Notes: generated by a model not told the origin, from the sequence alone. Positions 38,213 through 52,843 are shown, counted from the stretch's first letter. The stretch: DNA of 64,000 nucleotides from Nageia nagi (GCA_050084985.1 JBITNC010000001.1:98704001-98768000); one strand, 5' to 3'. A program made the numbers and translations.

Positions 38213-41200
38213 TGTTGTACCTGCATAACACACCCAAGATGCAGCATTTTGGGGACCCAATTTTTTCAAATGACAATGAGCAACATTGCCCAGGCAGGAT
38301 CAACTTACGGCTGATATGGAGACCCAAAATGATGAGATGATCAAATAATGCACAAGCATGCCCCAAAGTCATGAAGAGAGTTCAGCTTAGCGAGTGGCCA
38401 AGTCAGGGCCCGGTTTTAAGCAAAATCTCACAGGATGGAGTAGTGGATCACGACAACAACTAGCCAATGGAATTTTGAGTGAATGGCCATCGGGGCAAAA
38501 AAGGCATCGTTTTGGCAAGTTTGAGCAACAAAGGTGCCAAGATGACAAAAGGTGCGTTTTTCATCGAGTTTGAAGCAGTGGATACGGTTAAGATGATGAA
38601 AATGTGCATTTTTGTACAAATTGAGCCCAGAAAGGGTATCTATAGCCAAAAAGCACGTTTTGTCAATTTTGAGCTCGGAGAGCCAGAAAATGGTCAACAA
38701 CACAAAAAAGTGCGTTTTTGTCAATTTTGAGCTTGACAATGGTCAGTATAGTGAAAATGTGCCTTTTTGCACAGTCTAGACCTGGAAAGCTTGGAAATGA
38801 CCAAAAATGCAAGTTTGGCCTCAAAGTGCTCAGAAATTTTGGAAATGGTCGTTTTTGCATATCTTAAGTTTGGAAAGGCAGGAAATGTAGACTTTGAACT
38901 CGAAACATTGGAAATGAGCGTTTTTGCATATTTTGAGTCCGGAAAGGTTGGAAATGTAAGTTTTGAGCTCAAAATACCGGAAGAGCTTGAAAATGTTTGG
39001 AAATGCCAAAAGTGACCAAAAATGCATCGTTTGTGCCCATAAAAGATGGGAAAGACTGGAAAGGATCAAGTATACCCTGTAATGAGTCAGAGAGCAAGTT
39101 TGAGCGCCCTTGGGGAGTAAAATCAAAAAGTGAGCTTTTTGGCATCCAAAAAGCTTCAGGATGACCTCGAAAAAGTGTGTTTTTTCAAAATGTTCAAAAT
39201 GAAAATTCGAGAGAGAGGTGTGATGCCAAATGACAAATCAAAATCACTTTGCTCTTGGAAATGTTGAAAAAACTTGACTTTTGACCCTTGAAAAGTTAGG
39301 GGGTAGTTTTCCAAGTTTTTCCTCAATCAAGTTTCAAAAAATGGCCTATTCTCTTCAAAACCTGCGCCTACCTTTTGGGAGGCCCAGATTGATCCGAAAT
39401 GGTAGTTTTTGAGTTCAGGAGCATAGAGATTGCGATTCTACATCAAATTGGTCTTTTAAGTTCGCGGTTTCAACAAGTTTTGCTCTACAAAAAGTGAAAA
39501 AAACAGGAAAATGAGTAAAAGGACAGCCAATAGGAATGCTCCAAAATTTTGAAAATTTCAAAATTGCAAAAATGAAAATCCAAAGATGAGGTAGGTTGGC
39601 AAATAAAAAATTAAGCACTTTTCCTCTTGGAATTTTTGAAATTGGGCAAATTTTGACTCTCCTAGAGTTAGGCGCTGGTTTTGTGTGTTTTTTCTCATTT
39701 TTCAAAACACCCCAAATGCCTCAAAACCTGTGCCTACACTTCTTGTGCCCCAAAAGTGAAAAAAATTGGAAATTTTGACCTTCAAGGGGTATAGGATGGG
39801 ATTCCACATAAGATTGATGATTTGAGTTTTTTCAAAAAAAATGAGATCTACCTCCTCAAACCATCAAAATTCGATTGGCCAATGATAGAGCTCCAAAATT
39901 TTTCAAAGTTGGCCAATTAAAAAAACAAAAGTGAGGTAGGGTAACAAATTTGAAGGAGACCAATATTGCCTCTTAAAAATTTGCAAAAAAGCCAATTTTT
40001 GCCCCTCCTTTTCCTAGGCGGCAGTTTTGGCATGTTTCCCATATTTTCCAAATTCCAAAAAACATGCCAAGACGCTCAAAACTAGTGCCTACACTCCAAG
40101 CCTCCTTTTTTGCTCAAAAATAAAAAAAATTTATCCTAGAAGTATGGGAAATCCAATTTTGCATCTTTTTCAAGTTTCAAGTTCTTTGAAAAAAGTGGAT
40201 CTACTCCCCCAAAATGACAAAATTTGGATCAGCCAATGGGAGAGCATGAATTTTTTTTGAAAATTTTCAAAATCAAAATTGTAAAGAAACATAGGATGCA
40301 AAATTCCAAGGAGATCAACATTGCCTCTTGCAATGTTGCAAAAAAACCAAATTTACCTCCTCTAAAAGCTAGGCGGCAGTTTTGGCATGTTTCCCTCATT
40401 TTCTAAATTTTCCAAAAACATGCCAAGACCCTCAAAACCAGCGCGTAGCATGCAAGCCCCCTTTGTTTGCCCAAAATTTGAAAAATTTGATCTTTGAGGC
40501 ATGAGAAATCCAATTTTCCATCTTTTTCATGTTTCAAGTTTTTTGAAAAAAAGTGGATCTAACCCCTCAAAATGACAAAATTTGGATCAGCCAATAAATT
40601 TTCCAAATTTTTCAAAAAAATCTCAAAATCAAAATTGGAAAGAAAGGTAGGGTAGCAAATCCAAATTTGAGCATCTTTGCCTCTTGCAAATTTGCCAAAA
40701 AAACATGTTTTGACCCTCCATAAGGTAGGTGCTTGTTTTTCCTTTTTTCCATGTTTTCTCCACTTTCCCAACGTTGGGGATGAAAAGGATAAGTTCAAAA
40801 TGCAAAATTTTTGGTCTTAAATGCTAGGATGTTGACATGTGGCACAATTTGAGCCCTCAAAGTCTATAAATACAGCCATATCCCTCTATTTTTCTCACCT
40901 CTCATTTTTGCACTGTTATGTTGCCCAAATTTTTGATAATTTGAGAGCCAAGTGAGACAGAAAGCCATTTTTTCACCTTTGGAGCATGATTTGAACACTT
41001 AACACTTTGGCCATTCACCCAAACTCCATTGAAATTCGAAATCCAAACATCCTCCATTCACATGAACTTCATTTTCCAAGTTTTTGAGGATTTTCATGTC
41101 AAAACCCCATTTTTCCAAACCTCAAACACTTGAAAATTTATTTTTTCAGAATTCAAGTTTGATTACTTTTTTGGATACCCTTTATCCTTGTGATCAACTT

Positions 41201-43182
41201 TTATTTCCAGAAAAAAAACCAAAAAAAAAATATGATCCAAGATATGAGTGCTTAAAATCCTCATTTCTTCAAAAAAATTCAGTTTTTTTTCAAAAGCTCC
41301 AAAAATTGTTTTTGAAGTCCGTTTTGGCCATTTCAAAGTTTAAAACGCCTTCCCCACTCATTCCCCATCCATCTAAGGTGTTAAAACTTGATTCCGGCAT
41401 CATTTGCCAATTTCGCTTATTTTCACCATTTTTTCTAGTTGAAAAAGTCAACTTTTTGAGCAAAAAATTTAAAATTTTCCAAAAGTCCCAATTTTTTGCC
41501 AAGGTATTTCCTTTGAGTCAGCTACCCTTGTGTTACCTCAAACTCACTCCAAAGGCCTTGAACCTTGCAAATTTTGGCATTTTTGATGATTGCACACTCA
41601 GAGTAAAATTCAAAAATCCAATTTTCCAAAATCTCTCTTTGTTTGCCGAGAAAGTGTCATTAGCTTGGCAAGACTCTTCTAACTCTATATTGTCCACCTA
41701 AACAAGGACAAGTTGGTGTTAGTCGCACAAAACATCAAAGATAGGGAAACAGATGAAAGGAGGAGTCATATTTGTCATCTGGTGCAAGGAAATGGTCAAA
41801 ACCAATAAGGCCATCCTGGAGCATCTGCTAATAAACGAAAGAATCCTCTAGACAACCATTGGGCCATTAAGAACGTAGAAGTGTTCATGGGAGATGATTT
41901 TGAAGCTAAAATCGCTTCAAACATGCAATTCATCTTCCCACAATCGCTAGAATAGAAAGGGGTCTATTTTGACAAGTTTTTAATATGTAAGCCAAATATT
42001 TGGCCAACTTAGTGGATTCCCACTAAGTCCAATTGTAATCTCTATTTAGCATTTTTAATTAGCTTTTAATTTCGTAATTAGGGTTAGGGTTTTGAAACTC
42101 ATTTCTAGGGTATCAAAAGTCACTTTTAGAGATTGCAAACTCTGTAAGTAAGAGACCAAGGGTCTCATTTTTGTAAGGACTTCATTTTGAAGCAAAGCAC
42201 TTAAAGCTTGAAGAGAGAACTTTTGTAAGAGAGTAGCAAATTGATGTATCCATGCACAACTCTTTTTTAAATTAATACAAAGTGGTTAAAACAAAGACTT
42301 GAGTTTGAAACTTTTCATATTGGTGTTATTGATTGATTCTTTGAGGGCACCCATAGTGGGTTTGTGTACTTTCGTTTTATTCCTTTGAAAGCTCACGAGC
42401 TTTAGGCAAATTATCTCTGAAAAACTTTAAAAAATGCTTGAAGCCTACCTATGCTTGTTGCTTGATCTTTAACATGCAAGTTGATTGGGTATTCTATGTC
42501 AGATTTCTACTTTCATGACATCTTGTTAGGTCCTTCATCCAAAACCATGATCCTTTCATTTTGAGTTTCCATCACCATCCATTTTATGTTCCTCCTCGCT
42601 TCTCTTTGAAGCAATTCGAACGTTGAGTTGTTTGCTTGCAAGGTTGGATGAATTGGATGAAGAGTCCTTAACCGACTTTGAAGAGATCAACTCTTAGAAA
42701 TTTTCCCGTGAGTGAACCTCGAACTCATAATCCGACCAAGTATCCATTTCTTTCTACAAAGTGTTGTCTTCCACCTTTTACTATTTTTCCTTTATGCTTT
42801 ATTAATGCTTTCAAACCCTAATACAATCATTAAGTCCACACACAAAAGTTCCGAACAAACTCTATACATCAAAGAATAAAACATCATTGGTTAATAGACT
42901 ACATACCTCTCATTCCATTCCATTGATGCTGATTCCAAAGAGGGATACCACATTTTCTTTCTATATCTATCCCTATTCAAAAAACACACTTGGTGAACAA
43001 ACCTTACAACGTCACAACGTTGGGGTCATTGGGCAAGGTGTTTTAACAAGAGCCTTGGAGGTACACAGTCCTTTTCAATTAGGGGAATTGGTAACGCATT
43101 GCCAACTATGTTGCTTGGGATCTCCTAAGTTCCGCCCGCGATATTCAGAGTGTCCTGCACGGTAAAGAAAAACATCCCAACA
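38213..43182 (+). mobile_element. Unit D: internally deleted G-type unit (4970 bp)
   Basis: TGTTGTACCTGCATAACA start, GGTAAAGAAAAACATCCCAACA end, TSD TATCC/TATCT; colinear with G except the ORF is reduced to ~41700-41955. Confidence 0.88.
39400..40800. repeat. degenerate ~350-bp periodic array (unit D)
   Basis: TAGG(C/T)G..GTTTT anchor at 39669, 40015, 40370, 40726. Confidence 0.75.
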
Positions 43183-43187
43183 TATCT

Positions 43188-44357
43188 AGGTGGGAGGATC
43201 AATCCCTTGTCTAATTGAAGATAGTGCTGAGCATAGTGATCCAACTTGGGTGTCAATGGCCGAGGGGGAGACACCCAAGTCTTTGAATGAAAGCCTTGTA
43301 TATAATGTCTCAGATTGTGGACAAAGATTTGGCTAGGGTCCTAGGTGAGTCCTCTGGTGGTAAAGGTAAGCTACTTGAGAAAAGCCAAATCTCTGAAGCA
43401 TCTTGGAAATCTCGACAAATCAACATTGATGACAACCTTGTGTTGCGAAATCAATTGAGGAGCCAGAGCTCTCACCGAAAGCTTAGCTATATCCCCTCAC
43501 AACCAGATAAACATTGGAGGCGATGAAGATAGAGGACTATGTAAGCAAGAGCCCACACTTGAAGGGGCTAGCAATTGAACTCCGCAAGTATGATAAGGTG
43601 TGGGACTGTCCTCTCACTCCGAATGAAATGAGATATGAAATTGACCAAGATCCTCTCTATCGAGTTCCAATCTGTTGCTCTCAAGCTGGAACCCCAAACC
43701 TCAACTCCATATAAAGTTAGGAGTGTGACCAGGGCTGAAACAACTCTAACTTGGACAAGATGTCCTGAAACTGTAATTGGATGCTCTGTCTCTCCAGGAT
43801 CAGGTATGACCAGCTTAGACGAGATGAGAGAGGACTTTTTGAGATATTAAAGACCATAACCTTAGGTTTTCTATGAGTAGTTGGAAGGTATTGAATCTTA
43901 CAAAATGAGTGAGAGCATCGAATTATCATTGTAAACCCTATGCAAAATGAGCTAGGAGAACTATATCATGAGCAAAACACAATATACCAAGAGGATCATG
44001 GTTTAAAAAACAAGTATCTTCGATATGACTGTGTTGATACTGGAGTCTTCAAACTCATTAAATAAAAATCCCAAAGAGGCTGGGAGAGAGTGGACACTCA
44101 TCTTTGAACCTAGTAGTAGTTGTAATCTAACCCAAAATCCTGGAACTACTTTGAAATGTCCAACAACAACAACTTCTTTCAGCCTTATAATTAGCAGTGA
44201 TGGGGAGGAAAGGGATGTTGATAATTTGGAGCTGCTTGAACAAAAACAACTTTGGAACTGTGTCAAAGGTTTTCTTGAAGTTCACAAAACAACAAAAGAC
44301 CTTAGAAGACCTGCAAAGGTTTGCAACAATGCATTTTAACCATGAGGAGTCATTACA
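43188..44357. repeat. LTR-like remnant into which unit D inserted
   Basis: Ends GGAGTCATTACA at 44357; other boundary (somewhere left of 38208) not resolved. Confidence 0.35.
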
Positions 44358-45588
44358 TGGGGATTGATTGGCTGGTTAATAAAAGTAAACTGTAAAATAC
44401 TCATTATGCGACTAATTTATAACTGCTGGCAAGCATGTCCTTGATCTAAAAATCAAATAAAATAAGAGCTTTGTAATAACACACTAATCATCATTGCATC
44501 AGGATGCATTTCTATCCCATGCATTAGAATGGTGCTTTGCAAATTAAGATGCCTGGTTGAGAGTTTTGTGATCGAGGCATGATGACTGTGTGCTTAATTT
44601 TACCTTTCAACTCTTCTATTTAAAAGCTTTTAGGAAGTATAAACTATAAACACAATATTACATAAGAACTGGAAGAATTCGCTTGGTATTTAAAGTTGAT
44701 TGCTAGCTTCTGCTTGTAAGTGGAATTCTGTCATTTATTGAAGTTTCAAATAGGATTTTAGGGACAAGTCTTCTTTGCAGGAGCTTTATTTTTGCTCAAA
44801 CATGTTGCTGACATTGGCATAAAAGCAATTTGAAAGTATATAGGTTCATTGCTGAACATGAGGAACTGAAGCATGTGGTATATTGCATAGTATACAAATT
44901 CTCCGAATAAATGCATTATTTCCGTTTATTCATGTTTTTCCCCTCTGTATTCCCGTTTAAACACCATATTCCTGTGTGTTTTTCGTGTATTTCACGTTTG
45001 CCCCCGCTTTTTTACCTTTTTTTTTATATTTGGCCTGGACTATTTTTTCCTGAACCCGAATTTGTAGTATATTGCATCCAAAAGGCCCCCAGGACAACAG
45101 TGCCAATTATAACCTTTCTTTTAGTTTCTGGAGCATTTGCCTATTGTTCGAACTTGTAGATATTTTGTCATGTTTTACATCACATCATACCAATTGTAGT
45201 ATAAGTTAATAGAGCATCTCTTTTCAAGAATGATTGTTGCTTGTCTGTCATTGACAGCAATACTGTTTCGATGCTGAGGAATCTAGGATACAACAGGCAA
45301 TGCTTATTCTTGGTTCATTTAATGCTACAGACTTTATATTGCAGAATTTGGAACTCTTCAAGCAGAAAACAGATTATAATAATCATTTGGAACCTTTGGA
45401 TATGATATTTGGGGTTGAATGAGATTCTATGTACCATTTTCTTTCTAATTTTGTTGTCTGATATATCCTAATTTCCTTTCATTAATTTAATTTGGATTTC
45501 TGATAAGGTTTACAGGAGCAGAATACTTTGCTATCTCGTTTCATGTATTGATATACTAATTCGACACACTTTGAGAACTAAGGTACAG

Positions 45589-45850
45589 GAGAATGTGACA
45601 GTGAAGGACACCATGGTGATGAAGAAACAAATAAGAATACATGCAAAACCTATGAAGTAGACAACATCCTTCCATTAACTCCTTGCAGCATCAGTGCTGA
45701 TTCTAGCATTCCATCTACTTCTGGAAAATCTGTTGTCACAAAGGATGCTTACGAGTCTTATTCCTGGAATGATCATCCACTGACTTCTGACACAATGGAT
45801 GCAACCAAGCAAACAGCTGTTTGGGCTAGTGAAGAGAAGCCCTTTTCCAG
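45589..45850 (+). CDS. PTST3: next internal exon of the PTST3-like gene (variable linker region)
   Basis: tacag|GA GAA TGT...; stop-free ~87 codons (ECDSEGHHGDEETNKNTCKTYEVDNILPLTPCSISADSSIPSTSGKSVVTKDAYESYSWNDHPLTSDTMDATKQTAVWASEEKPFS); donor CAG|GTTTGT; phase-compatible with the 9540 donor. Assigned by phase and position only, as there is no conserved motif. Confidence 0.6.
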
Positions 45851-46559
45851 GTTTGTTTGCCAATTATTTAGTGGAAGCTAGATATAGGCAAGTCAAATAA
45901 AAAGTCATGTCAAAACACAGCTATACAGTCTACAGAAAACATAGATTGATTTGCATGTGACATTATTTACAGCAAATGACTGTATCCAAAGAGTATTAGT
46001 ATTTGGTTAGGAAAAATATTATATGCAGTTCTTATTCCTTATTATTACATCCACTTTTTAACTAAAGCTACAATACATGAAGCCAGCTTGACATACTAAC
46101 TTTAAACTCATGTCAAGTACATATCAAAATTGTCAAATGCTTAACTCATATTAAACTAAAGCTACACAACATGTAGTCATATCAACTAGGTATAAAACCT
46201 TACACAAATGGTTTATAAATTAAACTGAAAAAAATGTCAATGGATGTGACAAACAAAATATAATTATAATAAAATCTTATTGTGAATATAAATAAGTACT
46301 CTTTTATATTTTTATAAATTGTAATGTTTTATCATTTATGTATTCATTCTCATATATTACCCTTCTGTTACATTGTTATCAAAGACAATCATCTGCTCTC
46401 ACAGCTCCATATTTGGGTCTACTTAATATATTAAGTCGTAATAGTAGTAAAAGATTCTTAATAATATCAGGAAACTGTTAAATTACTCAAGGTCAGAAAT
46501 AAAATCTTCTAAATAATACGTAGTCGTAGTTGTAGCTATCAGTTGCGAAATACCATCAT

Positions 46560-46572
46560 TGGTATCAAAGCC
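46560..46572 (+). promoter_or_regulatory. PBS-like site of a decayed LTR element
   Basis: ...CCATCA-T-TGGTATCAAAGC; no recognisable coding sequence follows. Confidence 0.4.
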
Positions 46573-48304
46573 AACTCATGGAGATCTAAAATACAAATCT
46601 TCTGTGATTCTGCAAAGTACTTCCTTGAGAATAAGGAAATGAAGTGATGAAGCCAAAAACTCAAGTCAGATGAAAATTGCCCAAAAAAATATATGTATCA
46701 GGGTTAGTACATAGAAACCTAGAAATATATCTGTTACAGCACCTGCAGCAGCAGTCTGTTGAGTGACAGAATCGACATACCTATAGATTATAGAGAGATA
46801 AAGACAAGCAAAGACATGGAAACCATTCACAAATGACACTCAAAGTTCTGTAGTCACAATCAATTCCAAGAAACCTAAGAACAAGTTCAAGACCTGAATC
46901 ATGTCTGAACCTGTTTGTGCCAACATTTTAAAAGGAAAACCAACATTCGAAACTTCATTTGTAGACAAAGCCTGAGTGAGGTTCCACAGAAATTTTCAGT
47001 TAAGCTGAAGGAGAAAAGTAATTCTTTGAATTCATGTTTTCATTAAGTCTTTCTTAAATGCCAACATCTGTTTTGGAAAAGTGGAGATATCATCTTGCTC
47101 TAAATTTCAGCAGGATAGAGTTCATTTTTCAGTTTACACTGTAAAAATTTCAAGAAAGACTTGGGTTTTAAATAGCCATTAGAAGAGAAAACACTAGCAG
47201 AACTATCTGCATATCCTATACTTTTATTGTCTTCCACATTCCTAGTTTGCCACAAACCCTAGCAAGTCCGTGGATTAATAATTTCAGAAAAGATTCCACT
47301 GATTGGAAACCAGTTTCTTTGTCTCAGGTGAGTCTTTACTTCAATGTTCTGGTACGTACGATGTTTTGTGAGGTCACACAATGTGTCAAGGTATGTTTGA
47401 GATACCCCAAATTCTGCTTTTGGGCCTGTAACTCTGGAACTTTGGCTCCTTTGGTTTTCAAAGCCCTAATTCTAACTTGGGCTGCTTCAGAATTGGTTTG
47501 GGGACTTCAAGGAAAACACAATTTATTGGGGGCTTCTCCTAAGCTCCTTCTGAGATGGAGGATGATGAGGAATCCAATGCTGCATGCTGAAAGGGGAATC
47601 TAGTGTCTTTGAAATGCAAGGTTGAGGCCCTCAATTGGATAAAATTGACAGACAAAGCACACAAGATGATATGCAACGAAAGAAAATGTAAACACATGAA
47701 TCTTGTGCAACGTGTAAATGATTATGTATCATTGAACTAAATTCAATGCCAAAGTGATAAGATATGATTAAGCTATGATCCTGACCAGCTCCTAAAGAGA
47801 TTGCCAAAATAAGACTATGTCAAGATCGTGTGTCTTCTAGGTACCAAATGACCATCTTTTATATGATTCCTAATGATATTTTTGTGCTCAATGCATTTAA
47901 ATTTTGTGCTCAAGGAAAATAAGTGTCCTAAGTTGTAAAGCATGATATTTTAAAGAAAAAGGATATATTTGAAGTGTCGACATATTCATTTATTTATAAT
48001 GTAAATAAAATAACTTATAAGTTATAGTAAAACGTAGTATTTTTTTTGGTTGCAGTCTCCCACCCTTAAAATCCCTAAGAAAGATCATTAAACACCTGAC
48101 AGGAACTAAAATTCTTAGGAAAAGCCGAATGGCTATCACCTTGAAAGTTGAAAGCATTACACTAAATTTGAAAAATTTATTTCATGTTTCAGTAGGCTTA
48201 CATTACATTACATAAGATGAAATTGCAAACATCAAATTCATATTTAATGCTCTTGAGTCTTCCCCAACTGGTCATGAGGTCAAATCCCTAACACATTAAA
48301 TTTT

Positions 48305-48433
48305 CATCGTATTTGATGAAGGCTTTCCTTTCCTTATGAGTCAATAATATGTATATCCATCGTATTTGATGAAGGCTTTCCTTTCCTTATGAGTCAATAA
48401 TTTATATATATATATATATATTCCTTACAAGTC

Positions 48434-48468
<35 letters not shown>
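48305..48468. repeat. ~53-bp tandem duplication and (TA)n microsatellite
   Basis: CATCGTATTTGATGAAGGCTTTCCTTTCCTTATGAGTCAATAAT twice, followed by TA runs. Confidence 0.9.
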
Positions 48469-48469
<1 letters not shown>

Positions 48470-49189
48470 TTTTTAATTTTTCTTGCTTCATAAATCTATA
48501 AATTGATTTCTTATGTAATTTTTATTCTTTTAACAAAATATGTCATATGTAATTCTTATAGGGTCTATGATCGATTCAATTCCTCCTTTGTATCCTATGC
48601 ATTCATATCACAATATTTGTCCATCTTGTTTCTTACAACCTGGAATAACATGATAATCCTAAACTAAAATCACATAACTACTTAAAACTTTTAAACATTC
48701 CGAGTTTTTTTAGATGCTCAATGTCTTTTAAACACCATATCCTGAATTCATAACACACTATCTGATTTTATTTGCTTCTTTTGCAGTTATATAATCTATT
48801 TGAAAATAAATGCAAAAAACAAGATAAATGGCAAATTTATTTCATATTCACATAGCTCGCTTTATGTCTCTCCTTGACCGTTCTATTTTATGTCTCATCC
48901 TTTCTTTAGGGTTTGGATCACTTTTGTATGATGTTGTGGTTAGCACAACACGCCCCAAAGTTTTAGCAAAATTTGGGGACGCACTAATTCTGCTACATGA
49001 GTGCCTGCTGAAGCTGCAGATGGAGACTACAAAGCGACAAAAACGGGTGTCACCTCACAGAAAAGAGGATCAAAATTTGGCTGAGTGTCCGGAGATGTGA
49101 TTCAAAATTTGGTTCAGTATTCAGCTAATGACTCAAAAATTTGGCTAAGGCATGGTGTGGAGTCAAGTTGTCAAAGAAAGACTTTCTCC

Positions 49190-50040
49190 TTCCTAGCGCA
49201 TGTTTTGCATGACACATCGAAGAAGCTCTCCCCAAATTATGTGGTAGGCTAGTGAAGGAAGAATATTGGCTAGAAATTGACATCCATTGCTGAAAACTGA
49301 TTAAGAAATTGACATCCATTGCCGAAAATTGATTAAGGCATGAAACTGGGCCTTCTTTGAGTCAAGCGCATGTTTTCAACATCACATTGACGAAGCTCCT
49401 CACAAAACATGCACCAGCCTTCACAGCATGCATCAAGCTTGCAAAATGGGTCATGATGATCAAAAGGTAAGAGAAAATTGAGTAAGGCATGAAACTGAGC
49501 CTTCCTGAGTAAAACACATGTTTTCAGCTGCACATCAACCAAGCTCTCCTCAAAACATGCTCCTAATACTGGGAGGGAGTTTCCAACCAGACATTGAAGG
49601 TGTCCACCTCAAAACATACTCCTAATATTAGGAGGGAGTTTCCAACCAGACATTTAAGGTGTCCACCTCAAAACATGCTCCTAACATTGGGAGGGAGTTT
49701 CCAACTAGACATTGAAGGTGTCCACCTCAAAACATGCACATGAAAGAAAGAGAAGCATTAGAGCTCGTTGACACTTCACTTAGCTAAGGAATGATCAAAT
49801 TTCACCAATGCAAAAGGAAAAGGTTCACCAAGTTGAGCGCATGTTTCGAGTTGGACGATGAGGGTGTCCTTCCTAATTCATGCACTAGAGGTAGAAACAA
49901 GTGTTAAGACTCCCCAAAGGCTCCACAATCACTTGGAAATACAATGAAAGGCTCCTAAGGCGAGAAAAATGTGTCCAAGTACTTATCGCATGTTTTGACA
50001 TGGACATAAGGTATGTCCACTTAGAAACATGCGCTTGAGG
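49190..50040. repeat. GCGCATGTTTT...AAAACATGC palindromic repeats and 59-bp x3 tandem (unit E)
   Basis: Inverted CATG half-sites at ~49196, 49366, 49515, 49836, 49987; CCTCAAAACATGCTCCTAA..GGAGGGAGTTTCCAAC..GACATT..AGGTGTCCA three times at 49548-49740. Confidence 0.8.
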
Positions 50041-51459
50041 TATGTCCACTTTGTGAAGGATGAGGATTTACTCCCACAAGTGTGGAATGAATCTGATGTG
50101 GACATGTGTCACTTTTTTCATCTTCTTGATATTAGTGCTTGGGGTTTGAACAAAAACTATAAATACCCCTTCATTTGTCATTTGAAGGCGATGAAAAATT
50201 TACATTTGAAAGCTGTTTAATTTTTTCAAGCCAACAGTTTTTCATTTGTAAATTGTGGTATACTCTTTAATACATATTGCTACACTTCATTTCTAGTGGC
50301 CATTGACATGTTTTGTATATGAATGTTTATTGCTAAATAAATACTAAGTGAATGACATTTCTCTCTTATATCACTTGTGCTACTTGTTCATTTCATAAAT
50401 CTCTTGAGAGGTGGACAAAAGAGTGCTTGCATATCTTAAGAAGTGGTATGTGTGGTATTTGCTTAGTGATGGTTGATGGCTTGCTATTAGACTTGTGCAA
50501 CTCTGGAGTGTTCTCTTTTATGTCGTTTGCCCTAGGAACTTCACTTGTGTGTTGAAGGAGCTCATAAATTCATATCATTCTCTTTTGATACTTGTTTTGC
50601 CCGCACAACACACCCCAAAATACAAGATTTTGGGGACCCTATTTTTGCAAAGGTGATAATGTGCATTGCCTTGAGATTGGCTTTCGGCCATGGATAGTTC
50701 ATTCTGAAGAGTGCAAATATGATATCAGGGAGCGATTCAAGGAAATCTTGCGACAAAGACCCCAAAGAGTATCAAAGTATACAGTCACCAATTTTGGAGC
50801 CAAGGAGCCAAGATTTGAGAGATAGCATCAGAGCACAGATTTTTGGGTCTAGAATACAGTTAGTAGAGATGGGGTCGTCTTTTTAGAATTTCAAGCTCAC
50901 AAGTTCCAAGTGTGACAAAAATGACGGTTTTTGCGGAGTTTAAGCCCGAGAGCAATGGATGTAGCTAAGGTGACAAAAATAAGCGTTTTTGTCAAGTATG
51001 AGCCTGGAAAACTCAAAAATGGTCATTATCACGAAAAGGCGTGTTGTGGTCGATTTTGAGCCCGAAAGTGGTCAATACAGTAAAGATGTGCATTTTTGCA
51101 CCATTTGAGCCCAAAAAGCTTGGTAATGGTCAAAAATGCAAAGTTGAGTTCCAAATGGCCATAAATGCTCAAAAATGTCGGAAATGATCGTTTTTCACAC
51201 TTAAGGCCCAGAAATGGGCGGAAATGAATACTTTAAGCTCGGAAGTGTCGGAAATAATGGAAAACGACAAGTTTGAGCTCGGAAAGGCGGAAATGGTTGT
51301 TTTTGCATCGTTTGAGCTCGAAAATCATTGAAAATGCAGAGTTTGAGCTTGGAGGTGCTAAAAGAGGCATTTTGGTCAAGTTTGAGCTCGGAAACACCGA
51401 GAATGGCCAAAAATGCACAGATTGAGTCCGAAATGGGCCGGAAATGCGAGCTTGAGTAC

Positions 51460-52843
51460 CCCTAGCCCCAGGCATGTTTTTCCAATTGGAGACCCAAATG
51501 AGGGAAAATGGTGCACGTTTTTCATAGATAAATGCAAACGGTGTTGGATTTCAAGTCCAAGAGCATCATTGGAAAGATAAGGTGAATTCTATCACAAGTA
51601 GGACTTGAAGTTTTCGATTTTGACCAAGTCTAAGGCACTCAAATCCTAGATGCAGTTTTTCAAACCTATGGGAAATCCATAGAGATGAGTTTTGGGGTCT
51701 AGATTGTGGAGAAAAAGTGGAAATGCATTTAAAGTCAAATGTAAATGCATAAATGGGTGGAGATGATGGTTTCAAGGCACTTTAGGTCTCAAAATTTTTA
51801 ATTTTGAGCATGTTTAGACCTTCAAATGGCTAGGCGCAAGTTTCGAAAAGATTCCAAATCCAATGGAGTGAAAAATGGTGCCTAGAATGAAAAAATTTAA
51901 TAAATTTTGGTCAAAACACAAGTTTGAGGGGTCCATTGGGCGCAAAATGGCAATTTGAGCACATTTAGGTCTTGGAAAAATCGAATTTGAGCAATTTTCG
52001 GGCACCTAAAGGCTAGGCGCAGTTTTCGCAATTTTTCTAAATCCATAGGAATGAAAATCAACGCCTAACTTGGAGGGATAAGTGCAAAACTCGTTAAAAA
52101 TTGATTCCAAGGTGTCCATTAGGTGAAAAATATCATTTCTAGCACATTTAAACTTAAAATTTTTCGATTTTGAGCAAGTTTTGAGTTCCAAATTCCTAGA
52201 CGCAGGTTTGCAAGGTTATGAAAATCCAATGGGATGAGTTTTGGCAGCTAACATGAGGAAAAAAGATAAGTTTTGTCCAAAACTCATGTTTGAAGGCTTG
52301 TGAGCAAGGAAAAGAGCATTTCAAGGCACTTTAGGTCTACAAAATTTCACTTTTGAGCAAAGAAAATGCCCCAAAAGCATAGTTGCATGTATTCATGCCA
52401 ATAGAATCCCAAAGAAGTGTTTTTCACTGCCTAAGTCAAGGAGGAAGATGGATTTTTCACCAAAAACCAAATTTGAAGGCATAAATGGGTAAAACACCCC
52501 ATTCTAAGCACATTTAAACTCGAAAAATTTCATTTTGGAGGAAGTTTAGGGGCACAAATATCTAGGCGCAGGTTTGAGGCTGTTTGGAGATCCATAGGAC
52601 TAAAATCCAGTGCCTAGGTTGTCAAGAATTCAGAAATTTGGTCCAAAAGTCATGTGTGAGCACTTCCTTGCATGGAAAATGCCATTTAAAACACATTTAG
52701 GTCTACAAAAAAGTGATTTTGAGCTCATTTAATGCCTCTAGCAGCTAGGCCCAGGTTTTCATCTCATTACAAATCCATAGAACTGAAAATCAGCACCTAA
52801 GATGGAGAGAAGTGCAAATTCACTCAAAAATCAAGTTCAACCT
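51460..52843. repeat. 183-bp periodic array (unit F), resumes at 60355-60700
   Basis: CTAGGCGCA-type anchor at 51646, 51830, 52013, 52196, 52379, 52562, 52745, then 60437, 60620. Confidence 0.85.

Larger units (their letters stand above)
9541..45588 (+). other. 36,048-bp GT-AG intron filled with nested TEs
   Basis: Phase-1 donor at 9541 joins in frame (A|GA = Arg) to the acceptor at 45588, which has a CTAAT branch-like site ~30 nt upstream; no other convincing exon seen in between. Confidence 0.6.

Noticed and set aside
38428-41701. Many K/F-rich ORFs in the D, F and G 5' regions
   Set aside because: By-products of A/T-tract repeat arrays; frames are not conserved between D and G.
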